Part shown: one piece after another, positions 53,561-64,000 of the stretch
How positions within the stretch are numbered: the stretch's first letter is position 1
Layout of the letters: every line of letters starts with the position of its first letter
Assembly (NCBI GenBank): GCA_964016885.1
Contig: OZ024741.1
Location: forward strand, 391,964,001-392,028,000
DNA: 64,000 nucleotides
Direction: 5' to 3'
DNA from: Eledone cirrhosa
Taxonomy: Eukaryota
Position numbers and translations under genes: made by a program
Notes under the pieces: model-generated
Database searches by the model: none
The model's input: the letters and a program-made list of their open reading frames with translations, nothing else
What the model was told of the DNA's origin: nothing

Positions 53561-54042
53561 TCTAAACTATAATAAAGTAAGAAGCGTGGGACTGCGTATG
53601 GTTTATAATTTTATATCCCATTAGTAAAATAAGTTGGATTACTTTGAATAAATAATGAATGAATATTACATAATTTATCTACTAAATTTCGTGGCTGTTC
53701 ATTAAATATATTTTATTATTTATTTAAAGATTCACTTCTTTAAAATTTTCAAATGTCAACACTTCCGGTGGCAATCGCTTAAATAAACATATTAATTTTC
53801 TGTCACTAATTTTCTCCTAATGCAGTTTATATATAATATCGTCTTTTTTTAATGTGTTCATGGATTACGTTTCTGATTACAGAAGAGAGTGTAACACAGT
53901 CTTCGTTCAATTTCTGTGTATATTGTCAATTACAATGTTATTTGATGTATCATATCTACATGCATATATACTTGCGTATAATATCAATATGCACACTACA
54001 CATGCCAGCAGAAAACCACCCTTCGGGTGGTTTTTCTGCTAG
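53561..54042 (+). mobile_element. Non-autonomous Helitron
   Basis: A|TCTAAACTATAATAAAG start; 3' hairpin agcagaaaaccaccc-ttc-gggtggtttttctgct ending CTAG|T. Confidence 0.8.
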
Positions 54043-54147
54043 TATATATAAAATTCATAGGGATATATGTATATATTTAGACATATACGAGTGTGGCTAC
54101 CTTTCACGGTGTGGCTCAATGAAGCAAATAATTATTAATCAGAGCTA

Positions 54148-55256
54148 CCATATATACTCACGTATAGGTCGCCCCGGCAGATAGGTCACATACCCACTTT
54201 TCATTTAACAAATAGGCTATTTGCCATTGACTCGCAGATAGGTTGCACTGAAATTTGGGCCGTCAAACTAGTATTTTTTATGATAATTCAAACTAATAAT
54301 CTGTTAGCTTTCCATTACTTCACCGTTGCGATATATACTCCAAACCATGTTTTATTTATAAAATAAACATTAACGTCATCGAAATTTCGTCAATTCGAGA
54401 TTACTGCGAGATAAAGCCTTTAAGCGCGAAAATTAACTCTTAATATAGTGAAACAACTTGAAATAACATGTGTTTTTTAACGTATCAACATGGCTTCCCA
54501 AAGTAGCGAATACCGACTTTAAAGGTTTTACATGCGACGACATTAGAAATTAACAAGAAACACAAGATAATATTAGTGATTTATCTTCAAATGAATCAGA
54601 CGTATTTATTTCTGATGATAATAGTTACTTTGAAAGTGAAAACGAAGATCTGACGGACACCATTGAAAATATTACAGCAACGTGGTTGAAAGATACAACA
54701 CCAATACATGTTCACACCTACTTCCAAATTCTTCTGCATAACCAACCACCTTTAATTTGAAAACTGTTTGATAACTTTTTCTCTTACCGGAATTCATATT
54801 TCTCAGTGAATTATAAAAAAAATTTCAACTATCAACTTTTCTCACTTGCTACTTTTGAAAAGCAACGCCACATGCAATAATCTGTTTCCTGTTAAAGTAA
54901 ATACGTCACAATACGTGTTCATAGCAACACTAAGACAATGAAATCACATTTTAAATACCGGGTATGCATTTCTATGGATTTTAATGACGGATGGTTCGGT
55001 CAGATAGAAAAAAACGTAAACACTACGAAGTTTTAGTAAAAAATTTAAAATCAAGAAATATATGTATAAGAAGGTCGATATATGAAATTATTATGTTAAA
55101 TAATAAAAAATATTAAGTTATTTTTATAAATACCCATCGTTGATTAAGTCTATGAAAAATCATTGATCAGTCTGATGTCGATCGGATAGGTCACACCCCA
55201 AAAATTTATACTTATTTATCGTTAAAAAAGTGCAACCTATACACGAGTACATACGG
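54148..55256. mobile_element. Tc2/pogo-like non-autonomous DNA transposon
   Basis: TA flanks; TIRs ccatatatactcacgtataggtcgc / gcaacctatacacgagtacatacgg; subterminal gataggtcaca repeats. Confidence 0.8.
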
Positions 55257-55635
55257 TATATATAAAATTGCAAGTTTGAAGAATTATTAGATAAAATATA
55301 TCCAGTCATTTTCATTGAGCCACACCGTGAAAGGTAGCCACACTCATATATGTATCTGTGACTATGTCTAAATATATACATATATCCCTATGAATTTAAT
55401 ATATACTCCCGTTCGGTAGAGTAAAAATTTAGGCGGTATCTGGCTGCTCTTTCTAGCAGCCAGCCTACCTGCCACTTGGCCACCATTCACAACCTTCTTC
55501 TTTGACCACTAGCCATGTGATGATTCTTAGTCATTTTTTAATTCATTTCTGGCGGCGATCACTGTAGAAATTTTAGTCCAAACCTGAGGGTGTCTCTTGA
55601 TAAGCTCTAAGCCTCATGGATAATACCAGGATCGG

Positions 55636-57340
55636 ATCATCATCATCATCATCATCATCACCGTTTTACGTCCGTTCTTCCACGCTAGCATGGGTTAGAC
55701 GGGTTGTCCTGTTGTGGGCAGTGTCTGGTCGGCTGACCATGCCTTGCTCATACAGGAACTGATCTGGCTTGATTTCTACAGCTGGATGCCCTTCCTAACA
55801 CCAACCTCATTTACAGTGAGTGCTGGGTGCTTTTTCGTGGCGCCTACACGTCCACCTTACAGTGTGGGCTGGGTGCTTTTTTGCCGTGGCACCTCCACGA
55901 CCACCTTGCGGTGGGGGGGGGGCATATTGTTTATATGCTTCAGCATGTACCCATGGGAGGTCGGGTACCCTGTATTACTGCGTGACGCCAGAAGTCACGG
56001 TCGTGTGTCATTGACTTTGAGAGGTGTAGTTGGGTAAGGTCGGCTTTTATCACCTCATCCCAAGTCATCTTGGGTCTCCCCACTCCGCGGTTTCCATCAA
56101 CTTCTAGTGCTCTGCACCTTTTTATGCAGCTGTCATCCTTCATACGCATCACATGTCCATACCAGCGTAACCGCCTCTCCTGCACGCAGCATTTGATTCC
56201 TCTTATGCTCAGTCTCTCTCTCAATTCATTTATGCTTTGTCGTTCACGTATATTACTGTTACACATCCATCGGAGCATGCAGGCTTCGTTTCTCTCTAAT
56301 CTACGTAAGTCTTCCACCTTCAGCGCCCAGGTCTCACTACCATGCAACATCGCTGTTCGGATACACGCATCATACAGTCTGCCTTTCATTCTGAGGGAGA
56401 AGCCTTTTGCAGCTAGCAGTGGTAGTAGTTCCCTAAACTTCTTCCATCCCGTTCTTACCCTAGTTATTGTACTTTCTGAGCACCCACCTCCGTTGCTAAT
56501 TCGGTCACCTAGGTAGCAGAAGCTGTCTACTGTTTCTACAGGGCCCTCCCAGAGATTGGTGGTACTTGTTTCCTGTGGCTGTTTGCTTGCTGTTTCAGCA
56601 CAGCTGCTGCATGTGAATCCTACATTCTTAATTAAGCTTCCTGAGATCCCGCTACATCTCTTGTGTACCCATTGTTTGCATTTGGGGCAAAGAATGGAGT
56701 TCCTACCTACACCTTTCCTACATACTGAGCAAGGCCATTTCCCTGAGGGGATCTGGGTTCTGTTTTCTCGTCTACTTATAAGGACCTTAGTCTTTGTCAT
56801 GTTGACTTTGAGGCCCTTTCTCTCTAGTCCCTGCTTCCAGGTTTGGAATTTATTCTCTAGTTCTACCATAGATTCAGCTATGAGTGCGAGGTCATCAGCA
56901 TACAGGAGTTCCCATGGGCATCCGGTCTTAAACTCCTCCGTTATTGCCTGCAGGACTATGATGAACAGGAGAGGGCTAAGAACAGAGCCCTGGTGGACCC
57001 CAACCTGTACGCTAAATTCCTCGCTATACTCATTGCCAATCCTAACTTTGCTGACTGCTCCCCTATACATGGCTTGTACCGCTTTCACAAGCCATTCATC
57101 TACTCCTAGTTTTCTAAGAGCCCACCAGATTACTGCACGTGGAACTCTGTCAAAGGCTTTCTCAAGGTCGACAAATGCCAAGTAGAGTGGCTTACTTTTA
57201 GCTAGGTACTTTTCCTGTAATTGCCTCACAAGGAAGAGCGCATCAGTGGTGCCTTTCCCTGGAACAAACCCAAATTGCATCTCGTCTATATTCACCCGGT
57301 CCCTAATCAGCTGTGCTATAACTCTTTCTGTTACTTTCAT
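55636..57340 (-). mobile_element. 5'-truncated RTE-clade LINE with uninterrupted 466-aa RT/C-terminal ORF, 3' UTR and (TGA)n tail
   Basis: ORF 55940..57340: QFGF, FVDLEKAFD, GVHQGSVLSPLLF, LYADD, Cys-rich insert (WPCSVC...CPKC...HKRC...CSSC), YLG, RRLRWYGHVMRM, GRPKMTW. Confidence 0.95.
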
Positions 57341-57731
57341 GCATATAACTCTGTGCTATAACTCTTTCTGTTACTCCACAAAGTGCGAGCGAAACTGTCG
57401 ACAGTCGGAACTAGAGGAATTTTGGTAAAGTTTATATGCATTTTTTCTTCTAACTTATATTTTAGACTTAGCTCCGTTTAATTGATTATTTGTCTAGTTA
57501 ATTTCTACGGACTAAGAGGAAAGACTAAATAAATTTTATCTGACTGTTCCGCGTGGAAAATAGTCTGTATCATTTATCTATTATTTCTTCAAAGTTACAT
57601 TTTAAACTTATAGCCCCATTTAAATGATTATTTATCTAGTTGATTTCTACAGTCTAGGGTGAAGAAAGACTGGATATATTTTATCTAATAATTCTTCAAA
57701 CTTGCAATTTTATATATATATATATATATTT

Positions 57732-57794
57732 ACACCCACTGATGAGCAAAGAATAGGTAATTCTGAAACAGCCTACCAAAATCTGTCTGGGTGT
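57732..57794 (+). ncRNA. Type I hammerhead ribozyme motif
   Basis: ACACCCA-CUGAUGA-GCAA-AGAAU-AGGUA-AUUCU-GAAA-CAG-CCUACCAAAAU-CUG-UC/UGGGUGU. Perfect 7-bp stem I, GUC triplet, 4-nt insertion at the base of stem II; follows a (TA)n run. Confidence 0.72.
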
Positions 57795-58080
57795 CAGGCA
57801 GTTGCCCAATATTGGTTTGTAATTCTTTTCTTGATTTATGGTTTTAAATTGAGTCTGGTAAACCTTATTGTTAATAGTTAGTATTTTTTTCACCCTAGCG
57901 AATCTGGTCTCTTACGATTTGAACACATATATGTTTATATCTGTGTTTATCTCTTTTTTATATTCAATTATATTACACGGCTCAGAAAAACCTCTTTCTT
58001 TGAGCTATTTAATTGTAAGAGACTATTTTGAGTTTCTAACTCAATATATACCTTTGATATATTTGCATAATAAACAACAC

Positions 58081-58171
58081 AATATAATTATTTCATTACC
58101 AAAGGTTTCAAGAAACTAGATGATTCTTGCAAGGAACATCCAGTTCGTTCGTCAGACAAAATAATTATATT
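58081..58171 (-). ncRNA. Type I hammerhead ribozyme motif (sense to EPRS pre-mRNA)
   Basis: Minus strand: AAUAUAAUUAUUUUGU-CUGACGA-[ACGAACUGGAUG...CAUCUAGUUUCUU]-GAAA-CC-UUU-GG-UA/AUGAAAUAAUUAUAUU. 16-bp stem I (two G-U), long stem II, 3-bp stem III, GUA triplet, predicted cut between 58097 and 58096. Confidence 0.82.
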
Positions 58172-58175
58172 TTGG

Positions 58176-58260
58176 ATAATTATTATTTCTGAAGAATGAA
58201 CTGGATGTTCCTTGCAAGAATCATCTAGTTTCTTGAAATCTTCGGTAATGAAATAATTAT
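58176..58260 (+). ncRNA. Mirror-image type I hammerhead motif (weakened stem I)
   Basis: CUGAAGA at 58189-58195, the same stem II, GAAA at 58235-58238, UC-UUC-GG-UA; stem I is mismatched next to the core. Confidence 0.62.
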
Positions 58261-58856
58261 ATTGTGTTGTTTATTATGTAATTTAATAGCTCTGTACAAT
58301 ACATAGAACACTCTTTTTTATTATGGCATCAGCATTAGAGAGGTAGTTATGTGTTTGGCAAAACTGAAATGCTCTCTCTACCCTACACTTTCTCCATTCA
58401 ACTGCCAGCAGCTACCAGAACTAAAGAAATCATATTCATTTTTGTTTGGAGAAAAATAGTATTTTTTATCCTAATATGCAGTAGTTTGCTAAACCACCTT
58501 AAGCATGATACTAGTGTTGTTTCCAAGCATCTCCAACACAATGGTCAAATGAATAAGCTGTTGGCCTAGTGACTGAAAAGCTGAGATCGTATTCCAGCTT
58601 TAACCAGCTGAACAGATAAGAATAGAGAATAAATTTGATGAAGTTCTAAATTTACAAGAAATTAAACAAATACTTTAGTAGCTTACAGTACCAACATCAA
58701 ATCTTAAAGCCTCCTTCCAAGTATTCTCAATCCCCTTTCTCAGGTTATTTGAGAGAGATAAATCTACAATCTTTTTGCATCAAATAATAAAGGTTAATAA
58801 TTATTTCTTTTTATTTGCCACAAGGGCAATAAGGTTAATAATAGCATAAAACTTAC

Positions 58857-58999
58857 TTCTTTTTCCCTTTCTTTGAGTTTAAGAGAAGGGTTACTAAGTA
58901 CTGATTGGAAAATTGGTTGTGAAGTCAAAAAATTATAGAAGCGTAATGCATTTTTGGGTGTTGTTGATTTCTGGATCATTTCTTGCCATTTTCTGTTGA
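58857..58999 (-). CDS. EPRS1: EPRS exon, end of GST-like domain
   Basis: NRKWQEMIQKSTTPKNALRFYNFLTSQPIFQSVLSNPSLKLKEREKE; CAG/GTAAGT; phase fits both neighbours. Confidence 0.88.
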
Positions 59000-60593
59000 C
59001 TGTAAAAGATTTTATTTAAAAAAAATCAATTATGAAATAATTTCACGAGAAAAAACATGGTTAGAATGCTGGACTACAAATACAACAGGTCACAATTGTG
59101 CTGCTGTTTAACCAAAGATCAGCTCTGATCAAGCAGACCTTTGGTTAAAGGCGTTCCAGCTGTGACTATTTCATCTTTTCAGAAACTGTATATCTAGGAC
59201 TACATTATTGAAGGTGCTCCTCTATTTTTAAGATAGTAGAGTGTGAGTTGGTTATTGTTTCTAACAGACTTAGCAATCACAAAGCAGCTCTTTTATTGAC
59301 TTAAGTGGCATTGTGTTATGTCCTTAAGAAAGCTTATTTCAATTGCTTCAAAGAGGAGTTATTTGCACTTCAGAGTGGTATGGGTGAAGAGAAACATTCA
59401 GCCACAATAATTAACGCAAATAACTCCTAAAATGTATATTGATATGTGGTTAAACCCCAATGGGATGATCAGGGAGTATTTTGTTCACATAACTGATCTA
59501 ATTGTAATCAAAAGAGGCTATACTTAACACAATTATGTAAAAAAAAAAGAAGCATATTTAGATTCAATATGTTTGTAATCTTATGCAATCTTTGATGTCT
59601 TTTCCATATGATTCAGAAACTGTAAAATCTCTTTTTTTTTGTCAACTGTCAATGATATTCACGCTCTCTTCATAAACAAAATCAGAGAGTGAATGAAAAC
59701 ATCACTGATTTTGACATGTCAGTTGTCCTCATATGCTAAAAATTATCTTAACATGACTAACCAAAATGAAAACAGTGGACTGATTAGACTGCAGTACTTT
59801 TGATAACTGTAAATAAAAGATGTGATACAATGTCTTTACATGTTCTTCAGTAATTTGAATTCACTTGTAATCAATGTAAACAAAAGACAAATGTTAACAC
59901 CATTAATGTTCTCAAATTCGGGCTACACATTGTATGGCTAATTAAATAATCATAGGACATTGAGATCTTGTTCAGATAAGGTTTGAATGTAAATGACTTG
60001 ATATAAATAGTGTATAACAGGAATAGATATCTTCTGAGATGCCTGCTTCTATAATTCTATTGGATACAGTTAATATAAAGAATGGTGTGCTCAGGCACAG
60101 AGATGTTATAAAATAGAGTGAAGACCCTTAAAGACGAAAAAAGAAGTTGCCATCAGCTACTGCTTTTTATCATAAGTTTTGTAAAATAAAAATATAAAAT
60201 AATATAATACAGTCAAGCCAATTGCTGACAACCATTCAAGAAATTAACCCTATATTGTTTCTGTAAAACAGTTTGTGATTGAATGGAGACAATATAGGGT
60301 AGAGAGGACACTTCAGATTCGCTAAGTACATGACAACTTTTCTACTACTTGTGCAATGGTAAATTACATCCAGTACACGCTGTGCTTGTACTGGTGCGAT
60401 AATAAAATGCACCACATACACTCTGTAAAGTTGATGGCATTAGGAAGAGCATCAAACCATGAAACCAAGTCATATATGGGATGTATGAACAAGACATGAC
60501 TTTCCAAACAGTTTAGCCTTGAACCGTGATGACCCATCTAACTCATGATAACATAGAGATCAGATGAAAAATGATGATAATAAAAATACTTAC

Positions 60594-60747
60594 AATGCAG
60601 TTGTTTCCATATAAAAATATCTGCCAGAGTCAGCTGATGTCCTACTAAATATGTAACTGGTCCTAGAACTTTATCTAGGTGATTAATATTGTCATCAAAT
60701 GAACCACTGGAGAATTGAACCTGAGCGAAATCAATCCAAAAGTCGAT
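60594..60747 (-). CDS. EPRS1: EPRS exon, GST-C-like domain
   Basis: IDFWIDFAQVQFSSGSFDDNINHLDKVLGPVTYLVGHQLTLADIFIWKQLH; TAG/GTAAGT; 154 nt. Confidence 0.92.
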
Positions 60748-62178
60748 CTAAAAAATAAAAACAAATCGCATTTAAAAATATAGCACGAGTATATGGAAAT
60801 AGTTGGGTTAAATATGATAACAAGGTAAACTTAAAACATCTTATTATAAATTATATAGCCTATCTTAAATGAGAATCATCATTGTCTTTCTAAGTCTGCT
60901 TTTCCATGCTTGCATGGGTTGGCCAGGTCTTTTTAAGTACAGCTTCCCTTCATCTTCCCTGTCAGCTTTAGCATTTTGAGATCAACTCTCACCATTTCTG
61001 GCAAAATCTTCTTTTTGTACTCGAAAGAGAAAGTGGTTGTGCAATCAATTGATAATCGATGGGTTCTTGCACATGGCTAAATTAGTTACCCCACAACTGT
61101 ATGCAGCACCAACATGATTAGTGTTAGTCCTGTATACACAATTATCTTCAATGCTGTATTTTGTGCTAGTCATGAATTTTTGGCAAAGTTTTCTGGCTGG
61201 ATGTCCCTCCTATCACCAACCATGTTACAGCATTCTCTGGGTGCATTTTATCATGTTACAAACATTAGTAAGGCTGTCTGACAGGACTTAATACTATGAG
61301 AGAAAGACAAAAGGGGGGGGGGGGGGCCTTAAGCTGGAGACCTAGCCCAAATTCTTGTAACAGAGTTGACTCCACTGAAAGCACCTAAGAGCCAGATAGT
61401 GGTATTAAACTGGATGACAGATTAAGTGTATCACCCAAGAAAGCCATGGCAGGATTTGAACACTCAGAGCATAAATGTCTGTAAAGTGTTGGTGATCATT
61501 GACAATGTAGAGTAGAAAAGACTGTTTAGTTGTGTAGAAGACTTGACAACTTCTCTAATGATAAAATGCAGCCAGTTCATGCTGTAAATACACTGATATT
61601 AAGGCCATCCAACTGTGGTATGTTTGTATGTATGGATCTGTAATTCCTGATAAAATAACTTGGTGGGATTTGAACTCAGATAGCCAGAACAAATACCACA
61701 AGATAAACTTTAACTTTCATTGCTTTCATCTAAAAAAGTACCAGTCTAGTACTGGGATCAACTTTTCCTCTATTCCTCTTTCTCACTATCTGAATAAGTA
61801 TTGAGACAAGTCGTCCATCAAGCCCATGCCAGCATGGAAAGCAGATATGAAATGATAATAATGATAGGCACACAATACATTGTAGAAAAATTTACTTAAA
61901 ACATTACCCCCCAAACAGCTAAACCTAAATTTTCACAAGTCTGGTATTTGGCAACAAAGAAACCAACATGGAGATCAACTAGACTAGAGATAATTCTGTC
62001 TGTATGGAACTAAACATTATTGGGGCAATCCAGTTCTATTTACAATATATCTATCAACAATTAACAGATGATGCTATATGAGATATATAGTGGTAAAAAA
62101 AAAACGAATTACAATAATAACCTCATTGAATTTCAAATCACTGATAATATTAATTTCAAGATTAAGTACAAATTTTAC

Positions 62179-62275
62179 CTCAGTTGCTTCAAGCAAAGAA
62201 GAGCCATATAAAGGACTTGCATTTGAACGAACCAAGTAGCGACAAATTGATGCATCTCCCTCAAGAGTGGTTTTA
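62179..62275 (-). CDS. EPRS1: EPRS exon, N-terminal GST-like domain
   Basis: KTTLEGDASICRYLVRSNASPLYGSSLLEATE; CAG acceptor, GTAAAA donor; 97 nt. Confidence 0.88.
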
Positions 62276-62458
62276 CTGTGAAAATAAATTATAACAGGGC
62301 TTAGGAATGAAACTATAATGATACAAACAACATAAATATTTTTTCCATTCAATGCAGCACAAATAAAAATTTAAAAAATTAAACATTTGCAGTTGACTTA
62401 TTAATATGAATTATGTTGATATCATTTAAGGTTGATATCTCCCTAAACCTGATACTTA

Positions 62459-63365
62459 ATAATAATAATAATAATGAAATTATTGTGTAAAGTGCTCAGG
62501 TGCACTACAACTCGTCAAAGGTGTATGTATAGTACATAGAATAATACACAAATGTCAGGGAAGTGAATAGTGTATGAGTCATGGTATACATGTGTGTATG
62601 TGTATGGAGGGGGAACATTAGCTGTAGTGTTGGCGGATCTCGGTAAGCATCGAGGCCTTAAAGGATGCAGTGTCTCGACAGCTAACAACTGATGCAGGTA
62701 GTTTGTTCCATGCTTCAGCAACTCTGAGCGTGAAAAAATGTTTCCGAAAGTCATGGGAACTGTGCTGTTTCTGACTTTGTGGGCATGTCCACGTGTGTTA
62801 GACACATGGAGATAAAAAAGGTACTCAGGGTTGTTGTTGGCAAGATGGTTAATAATTTTGTGGGTGTTTACCAAGTCAGTTGTCAGACGTCGGAGCTTCA
62901 ATGTATCCATGCCCAGGGTAGCAAGGCGCTCAGAGTATGGTAGATGCCTGATGGAGGGTATGCGCTTGGTTGCACGTCTCTGAACAGTTTCCAGGCGGTC
63001 AATGTTCTGAGCAAGATAGGGGTTCCAGACTGGTGATGCAAATTCTAAGTGTGGCCGCACCATAGCCATGTACTGCCTTAAATAGATATCTGGAGAGCGG
63101 TTGACAAAGGTCTTGCTGAGTAATGCTAAGACACCCTCGGCCCTCTTGATAATTTTAGAGACGTGCTTCGTCCAACGCAAATCGCTGCTGACCGTAATGC
63201 CCAGGTCACGTTCACAAGAAGACTTCTTGGTATTAATGCTGTGGAGGGAGTATGTGGACGCTGGGTTTTTACTCCCAAAATGCATGGTGGTGCACTTGTC
63301 CACAGCCAGCTTGAGTTGCCAGTCTGAGATCCATTGTTGCATTGTGTCCAGGTCAGACTGCTCGT
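62459..63365 (-). mobile_element. 5'-truncated CR1/L2-group LINE
   Basis: WQLKLAVDKC...ERDLGI...VRPHLEFASPVWNPY...LETVQRRATK...PYSERL; 3' stem-loop gtagtgc-acctga-gcact; (ATT)n tail; a short copy of the 3' end at ~49025-49100. Confidence 0.9.
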
Positions 63366-63714
63366 AAATTACTAGATCGTTGTTTAGGGAAACTCCACAA
63401 GATTTGTAGTTGCAAGGGTGTCTGAAAATTAAAAGAATCAGCAACTTGTAGTGTTTCATCTTGCCTGGAATTGGCTATTTGCTGATAACCATAGAAAGTT
63501 ACAAATAAGTTTCATTTGATACTATGTAAAATAGACATGCCTTGTCTGTTTGCATTCAATTTGCCGTTCACTAAATTGCCATGCTCAATCGTATCTTTAT
63601 GGTTCCTGACATGCTTCTAAAAGGTTTTAGCTATGATAACAATAGCCCTCATTTACTTTTTTTTGAAAAGATTTGCATAAAGTTTTCATAGAACTGTTTC
63701 CAATTCTCACTTAA

Positions 63715-63922
63715 CCCTTTAGCATTTACAATACTCTATATTTACAATTGTTTTTCCATGGTAAAGACTTCACCTCACATAATATCGAATCTATGAGATT
63801 TTGATATTATTTATTTTGGGAACAATACCTTAACATCAGTATGAGCGCCCGGTTACACCCAGTTTGAACAGAAAGAGGTGAGTGAATTGTGGTCGGATAT
63901 GGCTGGTTTAAATGCTAAAGGG
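63715..63922. mobile_element. piggyBac-like MITE (partial copies at ~9300-9475 and ~44845-45015)
   Basis: TTAA-CCCTTTAGCATTTA ... TAAATGCTAAAGGG-TTAA. Confidence 0.85.
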
Positions 63923-64000
63923 TTAAGGGATTTAAGTAGAAAATGTAGTAGTTATCACAATGCAATTAACCCAATTTTCTGCTGGGAATCCACCCACATT

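Larger units (their letters stand above)
58066..58278. repeat. Long inverted repeat (arms ~105 bp) made of two hammerheads
   Basis: cataataaacaacacaatataattatttcattacc... is mirrored by ...ggtaatgaaataattatattgtgttgtttattatg. Confidence 0.95.

Noticed and set aside
54006-54042. Rho-independent terminator-like hairpin
   Set aside because: Eukaryotic context; the hairpin ends in CTAG at an A|T site and pairs with a 5' TC end, so it is a Helitron 3' terminus.
54489-54700. Acidic peptide (DLSSNESDVFISDDNSYFESENED) as a captured gene
   Set aside because: Short, interrupted and low-complexity; at most a transposase N-terminal remnant inside the non-autonomous element.
56070-57185. Plus-strand ORFs of 148 and 209 aa, and similar short ORFs elsewhere
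   Set aside because: Antisense shadows of RTE coding sequence or translations of SINEs (recurrent MPFLTPT peptides); not genes.

Overview
AT-rich, repeat-dense animal genomic DNA. The (ATG/CAT)n-tailed RTE LINEs and CORE- and Meta-type tRNA SINEs suggest an octopod cephalopod (inference). The whole window lies inside one minus-strand gene, the bifunctional glutamyl-prolyl-tRNA synthetase EPRS1. I traced 28 GT-AG exons (3901 nt, about 1300 codons, all phases compatible) from the GST-like domain through GluRS (HIGH, VLSKR), four WHEP repeats and ProRS motifs 1-3. Both ends of the gene lie outside the window. Introns hold RTE, CR1 and RLE-type LINE fragments, a decayed mariner, Helitrons (one nested in another), Tc2/pogo-, Tc1- and piggyBac-like MITEs, SINEs and a 34-bp minisatellite. 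Two things stand out. First, several intronic type-I hammerhead ribozyme motifs, including a 213-bp palindrome made of two back-to-back hammerheads of opposite polarity; a second copy of that element 47 kb away lacks the ribozyme core. Second, a tandem exon+intron duplication that added a WHEP repeat, with signs of homogenisation between the copies. Coordinates and mismatch counts were read by hand.
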